From Bacteroidota bacterium (GTDB lineage: Bacteria; Bacteroidota; Bacteroidia; AKYH767-A; OLB10), in the NCBI GenBank assembly GCA_016709725.1, contig JADJMG010000005.1:387544-451543 (forward strand): 64,000 nucleotides of DNA. The letters are read 5' to 3'. The position numbers and the translations under genes are program-made. The notes beneath the pieces were generated by a model. That model was not told the origin of the DNA. It saw nothing but the letters and a program-made list of their open reading frames with translations, and made no database searches. Every line of letters starts with the position of its first letter. Positions within the stretch are counted from its first letter, which is position 1. Of this stretch, positions 1 through 11,855 are shown one piece after another.

Positions 1-274
1 AATTTTAAGTAATCCTTCAAGCAATTTAGCGAGAATACCATGATGAGAATTACAGAAACAAAAACAATAAAAATGTTAAATAATGTAAAGTAGTTCCTGA
101 TGCGTCCACCATTTTTGATACAAGCCCTTCGAACAAACTACTCATTTTAAAAGCTAAATATAGTCCTAACACCAAGCCAATGATCATTGCGATTTCGAAA
201 ATGAATCCACGTTGAAATCCTTTGTAAGCACCCCAGACTAGGGGAATGGCGATGATGAAATCGAGGTAATTCAT
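1..274 (-). CDS. cvpA: CvpA family membrane protein, N-terminal part (runs off window start; reading frame breaks near 50)
   Basis: The 74-aa ORF MNYLDFIIAIPLVWGAYKGFQRGF... matches the CvpA N-terminus. The ORF stops after 74 aa whereas CvpA is about 170 aa. Confidence 0.5.
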
Positions 275-448
275 TCGTTCGATTTAGTTTTTCGTTTAAA
301 TTAAATTATGCTTCGTATAAGATTTAGCTGCTGGCTGCTAGCTGCTGGTCGTGAGGCTTCGCTACTTGCTGCTAGATTTTATACTTTGCTCGTCTTACTT
401 TTCTTGATTTAATGTTGGTGCGAAAATAATTGGAAGAGCTTTTAGATC

Positions 449-1651
449 TTAGCGATTTTCGTTTACCATGGCAACGCCGGGTAGTACTTTTCCTTCGATG
501 TGTTCGAGAAGGGCACCGCCACCCGTAGATACATAAGAAACTTTGTCGGCCATGTTGAACTGATTAATCGCAGCTGCTGAATCGCCCCCCCCAATGAGTG
601 AAAACGCTCCCTTTGCTGTGGCCGCTACAATCGCTTCCGCAACCGTTTTTGTTCCGTTCTCAAATTTTTTCATTTCGAATACGCCCATCGGACCATTCCA
701 CAAAATTGTTTTGCTTTGCTGAATCACATCTGCAAAAAGTGCTGCCGACTTTGGACCAATATCCAATCCCATCCATCCTTCTTCAATATTTCGGATATCC
801 GTAACGTTAGTATTTGCATCCTTATCGAACTTATCGCCGTTAACTGTGTCGATCGGCAAATGTATTTTCACTCCTTTCGATGCAGCCGAAGAAAGAATTT
901 GAAGAGCTAAATCCAACTTATCTTCTTCGCAAAGTGAATTTCCGATGTTACCCCCTTGCGCTTTTATAAATGTATAGGCCATCCCACCGCCAATGAGAAG
1001 ATGATCTACTTTTTCCATCAGTTGTTCGATGATCAAAATTTTATCGCTCACTTTAGCGCCACCCATGATGGCCGTAAAAGGTTTTTGTGGATGCGATAAA
1101 ACTTTTTCTGCATTCAATAATTCTCCCGCCATCACATAGCCAAACATACAATTGCCTTTAAAAAATTGTGCAATTACCGCTGTGCTTGCATGTGCTCTGT
1201 GCGCTGTGCCGAATGCATCGTTCACATAAACGTCGCCGTAAGTGGATAGCTTCTTTGCAAATTCAACATCTCCTTTTTCTTCCTGCTTATAAAAGCGAAG
1301 ATTCTCGAGCAATAATACTTCGCCCGACTTAAGGTTCGCTGCTAACTCATCTGCAGCAGCACCGATACAATCATCCGCAAACTTCACTTCCGTATGAAGT
1401 AACTCACTTAAAGTTGAAACGATATGACGCAAAGAATACTTATCGACCGGACCTTCCTTAGGTCTACCTAGATGCGACATTAAAATAACGCTACCACCGT
1501 CTTTCAGTATTTTTTGAATTGTTGGAATTGCCGCCTTGATGCGTGTTGGATCCGTAACTTGTAATGCGGCATTTAGCGGCACATTAAAATCGACGCGAAT
1601 AAGTGCTTTTTTTCCGGAGAAGTTATAATTATCGACAGTTTTGATTGACAT
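449..1651 (-). CDS. pgk: phosphoglycerate kinase
   Basis: A 400-aa ORF with PGK hallmarks along its length ([23 protein letters not shown]). Confidence 0.95.
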   Translation of the reverse strand: MSIKTVDNYNFSGKKALIRVDFNVPLNAALQVTDPTRIKAAIPTIQKILKDGGSVILMSHLGRPKEGPVDKYSLRHIVSTLSELLHTEVKFADDCIGAAADELAANLKSGEVLLLENLRFYKQEEKGDVEFAKKLSTYGDVYVNDAFGTAHRAHASTAVIAQFFKGNCMFGYVMAGELLNAEKVLSHPQKPFTAIMGGAKVSDKILIIEQLMEKVDHLLIGGGMAYTFIKAQGGNIGNSLCEEDKLDLALQILSSAASKGVKIHLPIDTVNGDKFDKDANTNVTDIRNIEEGWMGLDIGPKSAALFADVIQQSKTILWNGPMGVFEMKKFENGTKTVAEAIVAATAKGAFSLIGGGDSAAAINQFNMADKVSYVSTGGGALLEHIEGKVLPGVAMVNENR

Positions 1652-1756
1652 ACATGAAGAATTTCATGCAAAAATAGTCAATGAGGGTTAACCAAGCCAT
1701 TGGTGTGGCTTATGAATCCATCTAAAGAAGAAAGGTGAAGTAAGAGAAAATGTATA

Positions 1757-2107
1757 CTATTTAACAGTCACCGTTTTACGAACGGTTTTGCTTTGCTCTA
1801 AACGGATATAATCTTTCGCAGAAGTAGTTAAAGAGGTAACTTCCACATTCAACACAGCTTCCCATTTAAAGGAAAAAATCGCCTCGCCACTACTCGTAGT
1901 AAATTGCTCATCAAAGATATCCGCTCGAACACCAGTCTGAGGATTCACAACGCTATCCTGGCGTAAAACTACTTTTGCACCGGCAACAGCCCGTCCCGTG
2001 GTATCAACCACCGTAATAACGGCTTCACAATCTTTGGTCTTCTTACAAGAAGAAGAAGTTACCAATCCAACGAGGGCAAGGCAGAATAAGAGTAGATATC
2101 GATTCAT
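1757..2107 (-). CDS. hypothetical lipoprotein
   Basis: 116 aa with a signal peptide and lipobox-like LVTSSSC. No recognisable family. Confidence 0.5.
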   Translation of the reverse strand: MNRYLLLFCLALVGLVTSSSCKKTKDCEAVITVVDTTGRAVAGAKVVLRQDSVVNPQTGVRADIFDEQFTTSSGEAIFSFKWEAVLNVEVTSLTTSAKDYIRLEQSKTVRKTVTVK

Positions 2108-2233
2108 TTTTCTAAATTACTTTTTGTTATACGGAGATAACCAATGATTGTTCAAATTTAGTTAAACTTGCAACAAGAACAATTATAATATTTAATGGAT
2201 TCTTACAAACAAAAGTAATTAATTATCAATACT

Positions 2234-2914
2234 ATGAAAAAAATATTCCTAATTTGCTTAGGCCTCATGCTTGCAATTGGAACGAATACATTCGCTCAAA
2301 AGAAGAAAAAATCAATGGAAAAAGCAGCAACAGACACATTAATTGAGATTATCACCGATTACGGTACCATGAAATTGAAACTTTATAAAGAGACTCCTTT
2401 GCATCGGGCGAACTTTATAAAACTGGTAAGTGAAGGCTTTTATGATAGTCTGCTCTTCCACCGTGTGATAAAAGGATTTATGATACAAGGCGGTGATCCT
2501 GATTCTAAGAATGCAGCGCCTGGAAAAATGCTAGGTTCTGGAGATGTTGGGTATAAGATACCTGCTGAATTAATTGATACACTTTATCACAAAAAAGGCG
2601 TTTTGGCGGCTGCTAGAGATGGAAATCCAGAAAAAGCAAGTTCTGGTTGTCAATTCTATATTGTACAAGGTAAACCCATGACAGAAGCTGAAATTAAACA
2701 AGCAGAACAGCGCGTAGGTTTCACGATGAGCGAAAAACAAAAGTCCGATTATATGACCCTTGGTGGTTCGCCATGGCTAGATCGCAACTACACGGTGTTT
2801 GGCGAGATTGTAGAAGGATTGGATGTGATTGATAAAATTGCAGCTGTAAAAACTCTACCGGGTGATCGTCCAGAGACGGATGTGAGGATGACGATTAAAA
2901 TAATTAAGAATTAG
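2234..2914 (+). CDS. peptidyl-prolyl cis-trans isomerase, cyclophilin type (secreted)
   Basis: Signal peptide plus cyclophilin motifs FHRVIKGFMIQGGDP and GVLAAAR. Confidence 0.9.
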   Translation: MKKIFLICLGLMLAIGTNTFAQKKKKSMEKAATDTLIEIITDYGTMKLKLYKETPLHRANFIKLVSEGFYDSLLFHRVIKGFMIQGGDPDSKNAAPGKMLGSGDVGYKIPAELIDTLYHKKGVLAAARDGNPEKASSGCQFYIVQGKPMTEAEIKQAEQRVGFTMSEKQKSDYMTLGGSPWLDRNYTVFGEIVEGLDVIDKIAAVKTLPGDRPETDVRMTIKIIKN

Positions 2915-3080
2915 GAATTATGAATTCAGAATTATTAAGTTTACCTAACTTAATAATTTCCGCTGTCAAATTTAAAAATTTGAATTTCTAATCAGATAAA
3001 AGAATTTGATTTTATATTCGAAAGTAAATTGCATTAACAAAAGAAACACTTAAAATTCTGAATTCTTAATTCTGAATTAT

Positions 3081-4120
<1,040 letters not shown>

Positions 4121-4130
4121 AGATGCTAAT

Positions 4131-4170
4131 ATTTCTCGCAAAGGCGCAGAGACGCTAAGGCTGCGCTTCA
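4131..4170. repeat. copy of the dispersed GC-rich intergenic repeat family (ttctcgcaaaggcgca(g/a)ag.cgctaaggctgcgc)
   Basis: Related copies at 4441-4495, 8215-8300, 13168-13206, 13299-13327 (inverted), 46381-46430 and 46891-46920. Confidence 0.55.
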
Positions 4171-4595
4171 CCAAATTTTCTCGAAAAAGTTACGATGGTA
4201 AAGGCTAATTTAAAAACAAACAACTAAGTTTTAAAATTCTCACCCCTTTGCGTCCCGATATCTATCGGGATCGCGCCTTTGTGAGCAACTTTATGAACTT
4301 TAATTTAGCAATACAAATTAATAAATCTAAAATGCTGAATGATTTTTTCCATTAAAAAGAAGCGCGAAAATGAGCTCAGGAAATTTTCTCACCAAGTACG
4401 GTGGTGCTTAGAAATTCGGTCTATTTTTTTACGCTAAATTTTCTCGCAACCCTCGGCAGCTCAGGTTAAAAAGGCGCAAAGGCGCAAAGTTTTCTATAGA
4501 AGACACTGAGGAATTTAACACAAATCCAAGTAAAGTTGAACACCCAAATACATTTCTGATAATTTCACGAATACGCACGATTGACAATCCAAAAA

Positions 4596-6287
4596 TTACT
4601 TCTTCGGCTTACCAATAACTTTATACTCCCCTTCTCCTTTTAAGATGGAATTGTAAAGTGTATTATTTCCCAAAACCGCTAATGCTTCTTTGATGGTTTC
4701 ATCGTGCTTGAACATGTACTTGTACTTACCCGTTTGAAAATAATAGCGAGTAATCAATTCTTTCTCAATAAAACTTTTTATCTCCGTTTTAAATAATCTT
4801 AAATCGGCAGCTTTATCGTGATTCAATTCTTTTCCTAATTTATCAATTTCATTGCTATTGCTGGCATAATACTTTTCACGAATAGCAGCTTCCTTCAACA
4901 GCTTAAATGTATTTTCAGTTTGGGTAGAATAAGAATAGGTTTCAGCATTCACATAATTCTCGAAATCTTTAAAATCGGCATCACTTAAATTAAAACTTTC
5001 TATAGGTGCAATGCTGTCATGATCATGACGGAATTTGCTTGCATAATCGAAGATGATAAAATTTCCAATTAAGCTTTTTGTGATGTTGCTAGTATCTGAT
5101 AATGCTAAGAAGCGATCAGGGTAAACCGCAGAACCATCAAACACCGTTCTTCCGTTTTTTGTTTTGAAAGCTTTCATCAATGAATCGGGTACTTCCGTTA
5201 CGGCATTGTCTTCATCGTGATTATAAATGCGTGTTTGAACACATCTACCACTAGCCGTGTAATACTTCGCTACCGTCAATTTCATTTGTGCATTGTAGGT
5301 AAGAGGTCGCGTTTGTTGCACCAACCCTTTTCCAAAACTTCGTTGTCCAATGATCACACCTCGATCTAAATCTTGAAAATTCCCTGCCGTAATTTCACTT
5401 GCTGATGCAGAATTTTTATCGATCAACACGGCAACTTTTAAATCAGGGGCAATCGGATCTACTTTAGCCATGTATGTATTGTTTGATCCTTCTGTCTTTC
5501 CTTTTTGCGTAACGAGTAACTCTCCTTTCTTTACAAATAAATTCAACATTTGCACCGACTCTTCCAGCAGTCCACCGCCATTACCTCGCAAATCGAAAAC
5601 GAGCGAGGTAAGACCTTTATTCTTTTGCAAATCGACTAAGGCATCGTGTACTTCGCTGAAACAGTTTTGCAAAAACTTATCGAGTTTAATATAGCCAACA
5701 CTGTCGTTGATCATTCCGTAGTAAGGAACATTCTTCACTTTAATTTCTCCTCGAGTAATTGATTTTTCGATGAGTGCTGATTCGCCATAACGCGACAATC
5801 CTACTTTCACAACCGTACCCGCCTGCCCTTTGATCATATCATCGATTTCAGAAGGAGACAGCCCTTTAATGGCTCTTCCATTCACTGATATCAACAGATC
5901 ACCAGCTCGCACATCGGCCAGTTGAGCAGGGTAGCCTTCGTACACATCATAAATCACTATACTATCTCCATAACGAAAAGAAGAAGCGCCAATACCACCG
6001 TACTCGGTGCTGACATGCTTCATTCTGTAATCTTCAATTTCCGATTCTGGATAAAAATTGGTGTAGGGGTCGATGGTCTTTAACATACCATCAATTCCTA
6101 CTTTCAATAATTCACCGGGCTTCACATCATCCACATAAAACTGGTCGACTTCACGATAAACCGCTGAGAAAATATCGAGTTGCTTGCTAATCATAAAATA
6201 ATCATCAACAAAGCTGATACTTAAAAACGTTGAAGGAATCAACATCAAAAGAATCAGTTTACGACGATGGTTGGAGAATATGGACAT
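4596..6287 (-). CDS. S41 family C-terminal processing peptidase
   Basis: 563 aa containing a PDZ-like region and the S41 catalytic block GLTSLVFDLRGNGGG. Confidence 0.85.
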   Translation of the reverse strand: MSIFSNHRRKLILLMLIPSTFLSISFVDDYFMISKQLDIFSAVYREVDQFYVDDVKPGELLKVGIDGMLKTIDPYTNFYPESEIEDYRMKHVSTEYGGIGASSFRYGDSIVIYDVYEGYPAQLADVRAGDLLISVNGRAIKGLSPSEIDDMIKGQAGTVVKVGLSRYGESALIEKSITRGEIKVKNVPYYGMINDSVGYIKLDKFLQNCFSEVHDALVDLQKNKGLTSLVFDLRGNGGGLLEESVQMLNLFVKKGELLVTQKGKTEGSNNTYMAKVDPIAPDLKVAVLIDKNSASASEITAGNFQDLDRGVIIGQRSFGKGLVQQTRPLTYNAQMKLTVAKYYTASGRCVQTRIYNHDEDNAVTEVPDSLMKAFKTKNGRTVFDGSAVYPDRFLALSDTSNITKSLIGNFIIFDYASKFRHDHDSIAPIESFNLSDADFKDFENYVNAETYSYSTQTENTFKLLKEAAIREKYYASNSNEIDKLGKELNHDKAADLRLFKTEIKSFIEKELITRYYFQTGKYKYMFKHDETIKEALAVLGNNTLYNSILKGEGEYKVIGKPKK

Positions 6288-6323
6288 AATTGTTTTTTAA
6301 CGTTTCAAAGATAATAGATCGTA

Positions 6324-7343
6324 ATGAACCAAAATCATTATTTTTATACCATGAATAACAACCGAAATCAAGTGGTAAGCTTGCTGGTCATCACCTTATT
6401 GTGTGTCTTTTTATTTTGGTCTTTACTTGGATTTTTAACTTCCTTCCTCTCTGCCACAATACTTTATGTCTTGGCTCGCCCATTCTTAAAATACTTAACC
6501 ATCAAGAAGAATTGGAATAAAACGCTTTCTATTGTGTTGATATTGTTCATTTCCTTCATCACGATACTCCTACCCTTTTGGTCGTTATATGGCTTGTTAG
6601 CCTCTAAAATAAATTATGCAATCATCCATAGTAATGACTTAATGATCGGATTAAAGCAGATGGATGAATTCATCTATTCCAAAACTGGATTCAGTGTATT
6701 GAGTCATGATATGATTGTTAAATTTCAGGGTTTAGCAAGTAATATTATTCCACAAATTTTAGGGGCTACTGCGGATGCATTGGCGACCATAGGAATGATG
6801 TATTTCATACTTTATTACCTATTACAAAATCAAGGTGACCTAGAAAAAACGTTAATTGATTATTTACCTTTTGAAACAAGTCACTCGCAACAATTCTCAT
6901 CTGAATTAGAGATGGCTGTTTTTAGCAATGTGCTAGGTGCACCTGTACTTGCCATCTTACAAGGACTCACGGCAGGCGTTATTTTTTGGTTTTGCGATTT
7001 AGATCAGCCTTGGTTTTGGGGAACGATCGCTGGGTTCATGTCTTTTATTCCGCTTGTAGGAACCGCATTGGTTTGGATTCCGGCAGGGATTTACCAATAT
7101 GCAAACAATCAACATTGGCAAGGCATTGCCATCTTGATTTGTGGTACGTTAATCATCACCAATATTGATAATGTTTTTCGTTTCACACTTCAGAAAAAAT
7201 TCGCGAATGTTCATCCTATCATTACAGTCCTTGGTGTAATTTTAGGAATGCAATGGTTCGGACTTCCTGGAATTGTATTTGGTCCGTTGCTGATTTCTTA
7301 TTTTGTGCTGATGCTAAAAATGTATAGGGAAGAATATAGATAA
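6324..7343 (+). CDS. AI-2E family transporter (PerM/UPF0118)
   Basis: A polytopic membrane protein with the typical AI-2E architecture and conserved central region. Confidence 0.8.
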   Translation: MNQNHYFYTMNNNRNQVVSLLVITLLCVFLFWSLLGFLTSFLSATILYVLARPFLKYLTIKKNWNKTLSIVLILFISFITILLPFWSLYGLLASKINYAIIHSNDLMIGLKQMDEFIYSKTGFSVLSHDMIVKFQGLASNIIPQILGATADALATIGMMYFILYYLLQNQGDLEKTLIDYLPFETSHSQQFSSELEMAVFSNVLGAPVLAILQGLTAGVIFWFCDLDQPWFWGTIAGFMSFIPLVGTALVWIPAGIYQYANNQHWQGIAILICGTLIITNIDNVFRFTLQKKFANVHPIITVLGVILGMQWFGLPGIVFGPLLISYFVLMLKMYREEYR

Positions 7344-7468
7344 TTGGCAAGTTGGTAAGTTGGCAAATTGGTAAATTGTTTTATATTTCGACTATATCGA
7401 ACAAAGTGAAGTACTGCTTAGAAGCACTACACTGAAATAATGTTCCGAATTGGAATTGCAAACAATTT

Positions 7469-7992
7469 TTAATTCAAACTAAAACCGTAATCTTCGCCGT
7501 AGGCTTCTAATGATTTTTTTAGTTTTTGGCGGGCTACATGAATTCTAATTTTTACTGTACCCAATGGCACCTGCAATTCATCAGCAATTTCAGAATATTT
7601 ATAACCTTCAAAAGATTTCATAAAAGGAATGCGCAAATTATCGGGCAACTCACTGATGGCTGCATCAATTTCCTTCATGGCAATGCGCTCAACTCCATTA
7701 TTCATTTCTGAATAATTCACATTTTCCAACAGGTAATTATTTTCAGTATCATCGTGCACTACTTTTCGCTTCACCTTTTTCTATATTCATTGATAAAAGG
7801 TTTTTTAAGATGGTATACAACCATCCCTTTAAATTGGTCCCAGGCGCAAACTTCTCTTTATTATAAAAAGCTTTTAGCATCGTTTCTTGAACAAGATCCT
7901 CGGCATCTTCTACGGCGCGTCAATTTTAAAGCATATCCGCGAAGAGGCTCATAGTGATCCTTAACATGATAATTAAATTCTAATTGAGTCAT
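7469..7992 (-). CDS. RNA polymerase ECF-type sigma-70 factor, interrupted by about 3 frameshifts
   Basis: Sigma region 4 ([21 protein letters not shown]) lies in the 101-aa ORF. Region 2 ([32 protein letters not shown]) is encoded upstream in other frames, and the junctions fall in T4/A5 runs. Confidence 0.7.
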
Positions 7993-8400
7993 TTTGTCTA
8001 ATTTTTTTATAAATACTTAAACAAAGGTAAGGATGTCGGGGTCTGTTTTGCAAGTTTTTTGTTTAACTTTTTCAACAATTTTGTTAAACAGGTTTTAACT
8101 CACTGACAGCTAGTACTAGAAAGAAATAAATTGATTTCCAGCAACTTGTACTTTGCTAAGAAAGTTTGGGCTTTTGAAGGTCGTCCTTATACACCTTAAA
8201 GTTTTCAAAGTAGCTTTTTACGCTAAATCTTCTCGCGCAGAGCCGCAAAGGCTGCGCTACGAGAAATTTTCTCACTAAGGCGCAAAGCCGCAAAGTTTTT
8301 TTCGTTTAGACGCAAGCCAGCAAATAAATGGGTTAGAAGCCGCTTGCTTCATGCAAGTTCACAATTCTGCATTCTTAATTCTTAATTCTGAATTAACCTT

Positions 8401-9285
8401 CTACCCTTGAGCCTTTAATAATTTATTGAAATCATCAAAATCATAAAGCAGTGTTACCTGCGGCGGATATTGAATATGGGATTGAAAAATTTGCGAACCC
8501 GCAATTAAAATGTTGGTGGATGGAAAATCGGCATGCAACTTATTCGCAATTTGCAAAGGTGTTTGATTGGAGATTGAGGATGTTAACACGGTCAGTATGT
8601 AATCGGCCTTATACAATTTCATTACTGAATGCAAATCATTTAGTGGCAAGTTAGGTCCTAAATAATTGGTATGGTGACCTGCTAAACGAATTAAATAATT
8701 TGCAAAAAGCAAGGTCACATCATGGGGTTCATGTGCAGGTAAAAACAAAACAAACTTCTTTGCTTTTTGGTGTTCAATTTTAGGCAATGCATTGAGAGCA
8801 GAAAATAATTTTAATCGAATCAAATGAGTAACAAAATGCTCATAGGCGGGATTAATAGAACCTGTTTGCCACATGATTCCAATTCGCGCCATAAGCGGGA
8901 ATATCAACTTCTTAAAGCTTTCCTCAAATCCAATTTGATCGATGCTGGCTTGAAAAATCTGAATGAAGCTTTCCTCGTCCAGTCCAAACATCGCTTTAAT
9001 CAAAGATTCCAAATGCATCGTTTCATCATTGGATTGAAGAGTCAGATCAAGCACCAAAGTATCCACTTCTTCCTTCGACATTTTTGTAATCTTGGATATT
9101 TTATATCCTTTACGATTTAACATCGCTACATTGAGAAGTAATTTTAAATCTTCGTCTGTATAGTATCGAATGTTAGTTGCCGTTCTATTGGGTAGTGGAA
9201 TTCCATAACGATGCTCCCAAATACGCAGCGTATGCGATTTGATTCCGGTTAATGCTTCCACATCTTTAATCGAGAAGTTTGTCAT
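8401..9285 (-). CDS. MerR-family transcriptional regulator with C-terminal B12-binding domain (LitR/CarH-like light-responsive regulator)
   Basis: An N-terminal MerR HTH (IKDVEALTGIKSHTLRIWEHRYGIP) and a C-terminal cobalamin-binding signature (HEPHDVT...GHHTNYLG). It lies next to photolyase. Confidence 0.75.
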   Translation of the reverse strand: MTNFSIKDVEALTGIKSHTLRIWEHRYGIPLPNRTATNIRYYTDEDLKLLLNVAMLNRKGYKISKITKMSKEEVDTLVLDLTLQSNDETMHLESLIKAMFGLDEESFIQIFQASIDQIGFEESFKKLIFPLMARIGIMWQTGSINPAYEHFVTHLIRLKLFSALNALPKIEHQKAKKFVLFLPAHEPHDVTLLFANYLIRLAGHHTNYLGPNLPLNDLHSVMKLYKADYILTVLTSSISNQTPLQIANKLHADFPSTNILIAGSQIFQSHIQYPPQVTLLYDFDDFNKLLKAQG

Positions 9286-9379
9286 TTACTGTGTTCTGCG
9301 TAGGTGGTACTATATTTATTTAACTGCTTAAGATGTGAACGATGCATTAATCTCAACTTGAGCTTATGCATTGACCGAA

Positions 9380-9460
9380 GCAGAACTGTGTACTTCGAAG
9401 GCTGCGACCGAAGAAGTAGCGTGTACTTCGAAGGCAGCGACCGAAGAAGTAGCGTCCTCA
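9380..9460. repeat. tandem direct repeat, about 35 bp x 2.3 (gtacttcgaagg(c/a)(t/a)gcgaccgaagaagtagcg), 95-175 bp upstream of the litR start
   Basis: Directly visible in the sequence. Each unit contains the inverted pair cgaag/cttcg. Confidence 0.7.
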
Positions 9461-9508
9461 TCTTTGATTAATCCATTCATTTTGAATGTGCATGATAGGT
9501 AGAACAAC

Positions 9509-9847
9509 TTAAGAAGAATAATGTTTTCTTAAAATCACTTTTATTAATTCACGTTGTAAGATGACATCGGCCATGTGGGCGGTATCGCGGCAGCCATAAC
9601 GAGCTGGAATCATATGTTCAGGAATATCAATATGGTAAAGCAAACCTGGAATTCGATCGGCATCAAACTTACACCAAAATTGGAGTTGCTCAGCTAATTG
9701 AATACAATAATTATTAAATTGAACAGGCAAACCCTCATTAAAAACTAAAGTGTAATTAAATCGATCAAAATCCTTTATGGTTTGAGCAGCCATCGCTTTT
9801 AAATACGCAAGGTCGTGCCGATATTTCTCAAGTTGCAAATCGTTCAT
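9509..9847 (-). CDS. hypothetical protein (112 aa), co-directional with and immediately upstream of litR
   Basis: An ORF with no recognised motifs. Its position suggests it belongs to the light-responsive operon. Confidence 0.4.
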   Translation of the reverse strand: MNDLQLEKYRHDLAYLKAMAAQTIKDFDRFNYTLVFNEGLPVQFNNYCIQLAEQLQFWCKFDADRIPGLLYHIDIPEHMIPARYGCRDTAHMADVILQRELIKVILRKHYSS

Positions 9848-9864
9848 ATACTATCTTTGTTAAA

Positions 9865-10878
9865 ATGAAAATGGAAAAGAACCATCTGCAAATATTAAAA
9901 TTATTTTTTAATAAGTACTCCTTTCTACTGCTATTAATGATACTTGTCAGTATGTTTTCCTTTGGCCAAGGTGGTTACAAACCACATGCATTACTTTCAC
10001 CCATGTGGCAAGTAGATGAAGAATATTTAGAACCCAGTGAAGTAAAAGATACAACCATGGAGAATGGTCATGCTGCTACAGGATTCAGCTTTCGTTTTCC
10101 GCTTTATCTTGGAAAAGATTGGCTCTCTGCTGATGGTGGAAAACCTTTCATTGCTGTATTACTACATGGTGGAGCTACAGGAAAAATTTCACAACTCGAT
10201 TTTCTCGAACCCGATCGAATACTCACTATGGGTCGTTTGGGTATAACAGCGCTCATGGCAAAAGGTTTAAGAAATTTATATTTAATTCAATTTTCTACTT
10301 CCTTACCTTCTGAATCTTTTAATTTCAAAGTAAACTATTTGCGTTTTCATGGAGCCTTCGTATGGAGAAAGCTTTATCATAATAATACTTGGTGGCATAC
10401 CCTTGGCGTAATGTATACTCCTGTCATGGGAAGAGATCTTCCCCTACCCTTACTCGGATTTGGTATTAAATTAGGGAACGATGATCAAATACAAATGACA
10501 TTTCCATTTAACGCGATGTACACTCATGTTTTCTCTAAAAAAATTAGCTTGAGTGCTAAAATTCAAAATACGGGCGGATATCATTATCTAAAACCAGATA
10601 GTATCTATCAGGACGAACCACTCCTTTATCGCTTCCAATATTATCGCGTAGGTGTGCTCGCTCGTTATTATACAACTCGACATGTTGTCCTAACGCCTGA
10701 AGTTGGAATGACTACATCCGGTAGCTTGCAGATTGATGATTACAAAGCAAAGCAAGTGGCCACACCATATCTACGGATAAGTTTACAAGTTCGATTTGGA
10801 AAACGACCACCCGTTGCTCCCATCTTAAATTTTGATCCAGGAGACAGCGGATTTGATCCTGCCTACTTGGTAGAATGA
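9865..10878 (+). CDS. hypothetical secreted/outer-membrane protein (337 aa)
   Basis: Has an N-terminal signal/TM segment. Aromatic-rich and beta-like, with no family recognised. Confidence 0.4.
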   Translation: MKMEKNHLQILKLFFNKYSFLLLLMILVSMFSFGQGGYKPHALLSPMWQVDEEYLEPSEVKDTTMENGHAATGFSFRFPLYLGKDWLSADGGKPFIAVLLHGGATGKISQLDFLEPDRILTMGRLGITALMAKGLRNLYLIQFSTSLPSESFNFKVNYLRFHGAFVWRKLYHNNTWWHTLGVMYTPVMGRDLPLPLLGFGIKLGNDDQIQMTFPFNAMYTHVFSKKISLSAKIQNTGGYHYLKPDSIYQDEPLLYRFQYYRVGVLARYYTTRHVVLTPEVGMTTSGSLQIDDYKAKQVATPYLRISLQVRFGKRPPVAPILNFDPGDSGFDPAYLVE

Positions 10879-10958
10879 TGTAAGTTAAGCTAGAAGCAAT
10901 TAGATGAATTTATTTAATCGATATCTAAACAAATCTTTTCATTCCTTGTTTTAACTTC

Positions 10959-11855
10959 ATGATAAGAGTGCTCATTGGTGGTGGATCAGGTTTAATTGGT
11001 AAGCGATTAACTTCACTTTTACGAGAGAGAGGTTATGATGTAGCTTGGCTCAGTCGCACGGCTACACGTGTAAATGGAATCACCTCCTATTTATGGGATC
11101 CGGAGCAAGGGAAGATGGATGTAAAAGCGCTAGAAAATTGTGTGGCGATAATTAATCTTGCCGGAGCACCTATAGCCAATAAAGCATGGACATCCTCGTA
11201 TCGAAAAAAAATAATAGAGAGCAGGACTCAATCTGCTCGTTGCATTTTAAAAACATTAAAAGAAAATCCCAATCAAGTTAGTGTACTTATTTCATCTTCG
11301 GCCATTGGATTTTATGGAGACCGAAAAGAAGAAATCATGACGGAAGAATCGGCAATGGGTAATGGCTTTCTCGCACAATCTACAGATGAATGGGAAAAAG
11401 CTTATCAAGACACTTCCATAAGAACCATACTTTTTAGAATCGGAGTTGTATTATCAAAAAATGGCGGAGCCCTAAAGGAGATGAGTTCTTCAATTCCGTT
11501 TGGAATTTGTCCAATATTAGGAAATGGAAAACAAATTTTGAGTTGGATACATCTAGATGATATCTGTTTACAGATGATACACGGTATCGAAAATGAAAAT
11601 ATGCACGGCATATACAACGGTGTTAGTCCTTCTCCAAGTCCGCAGCGAGCATTCATATTAGCAATTAGAAAACACTTAAATAAATGGAGTATCCCTATTC
11701 CTGTTCCATCATCTATTTTGCAACTTCTCATGGGTGAACGCAGTTCGATTGTTTTAAATAGTTCAATTGTAAGTTCTGAAAAAATAAAGAAAAGTGGATA
11801 TGAATTTAAATTCCCTACACTTGAAAGTGCGTTAAACAATATTTATGGAAAGTAA
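10959..11855 (+). CDS. TIGR01777-family NAD-dependent epimerase/dehydratase (DUF1731)
   Basis: A GGSGLIGKRL Rossmann N-terminus and an overall fit to the SulA-like/YfcH family. Confidence 0.8.
   Translation: MIRVLIGGGSGLIGKRLTSLLRERGYDVAWLSRTATRVNGITSYLWDPEQGKMDVKALENCVAIINLAGAPIANKAWTSSYRKKIIESRTQSARCILKTLKENPNQVSVLISSSAIGFYGDRKEEIMTEESAMGNGFLAQSTDEWEKAYQDTSIRTILFRIGVVLSKNGGALKEMSSSIPFGICPILGNGKQILSWIHLDDICLQMIHGIENENMHGIYNGVSPSPSPQRAFILAIRKHLNKWSIPIPVPSSILQLLMGERSSIVLNSSIVSSEKIKKSGYEFKFPTLESALNNIYGK

Noticed and set aside
598-910. + strand ORFs 598-804 and 716-910
   Set aside because: They are antisense inside the strongly supported pgk gene.
7754-7954. 66-aa + strand ORF
   Set aside because: It lies antisense within the frameshifted ECF sigma-factor gene, so it is spurious.
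9380-9460. Possible CRISPR or other repeat-spacer array
   Set aside because: There are only about 2.3 contiguous units without spacers. It is more likely a regulatory direct repeat upstream of litR.
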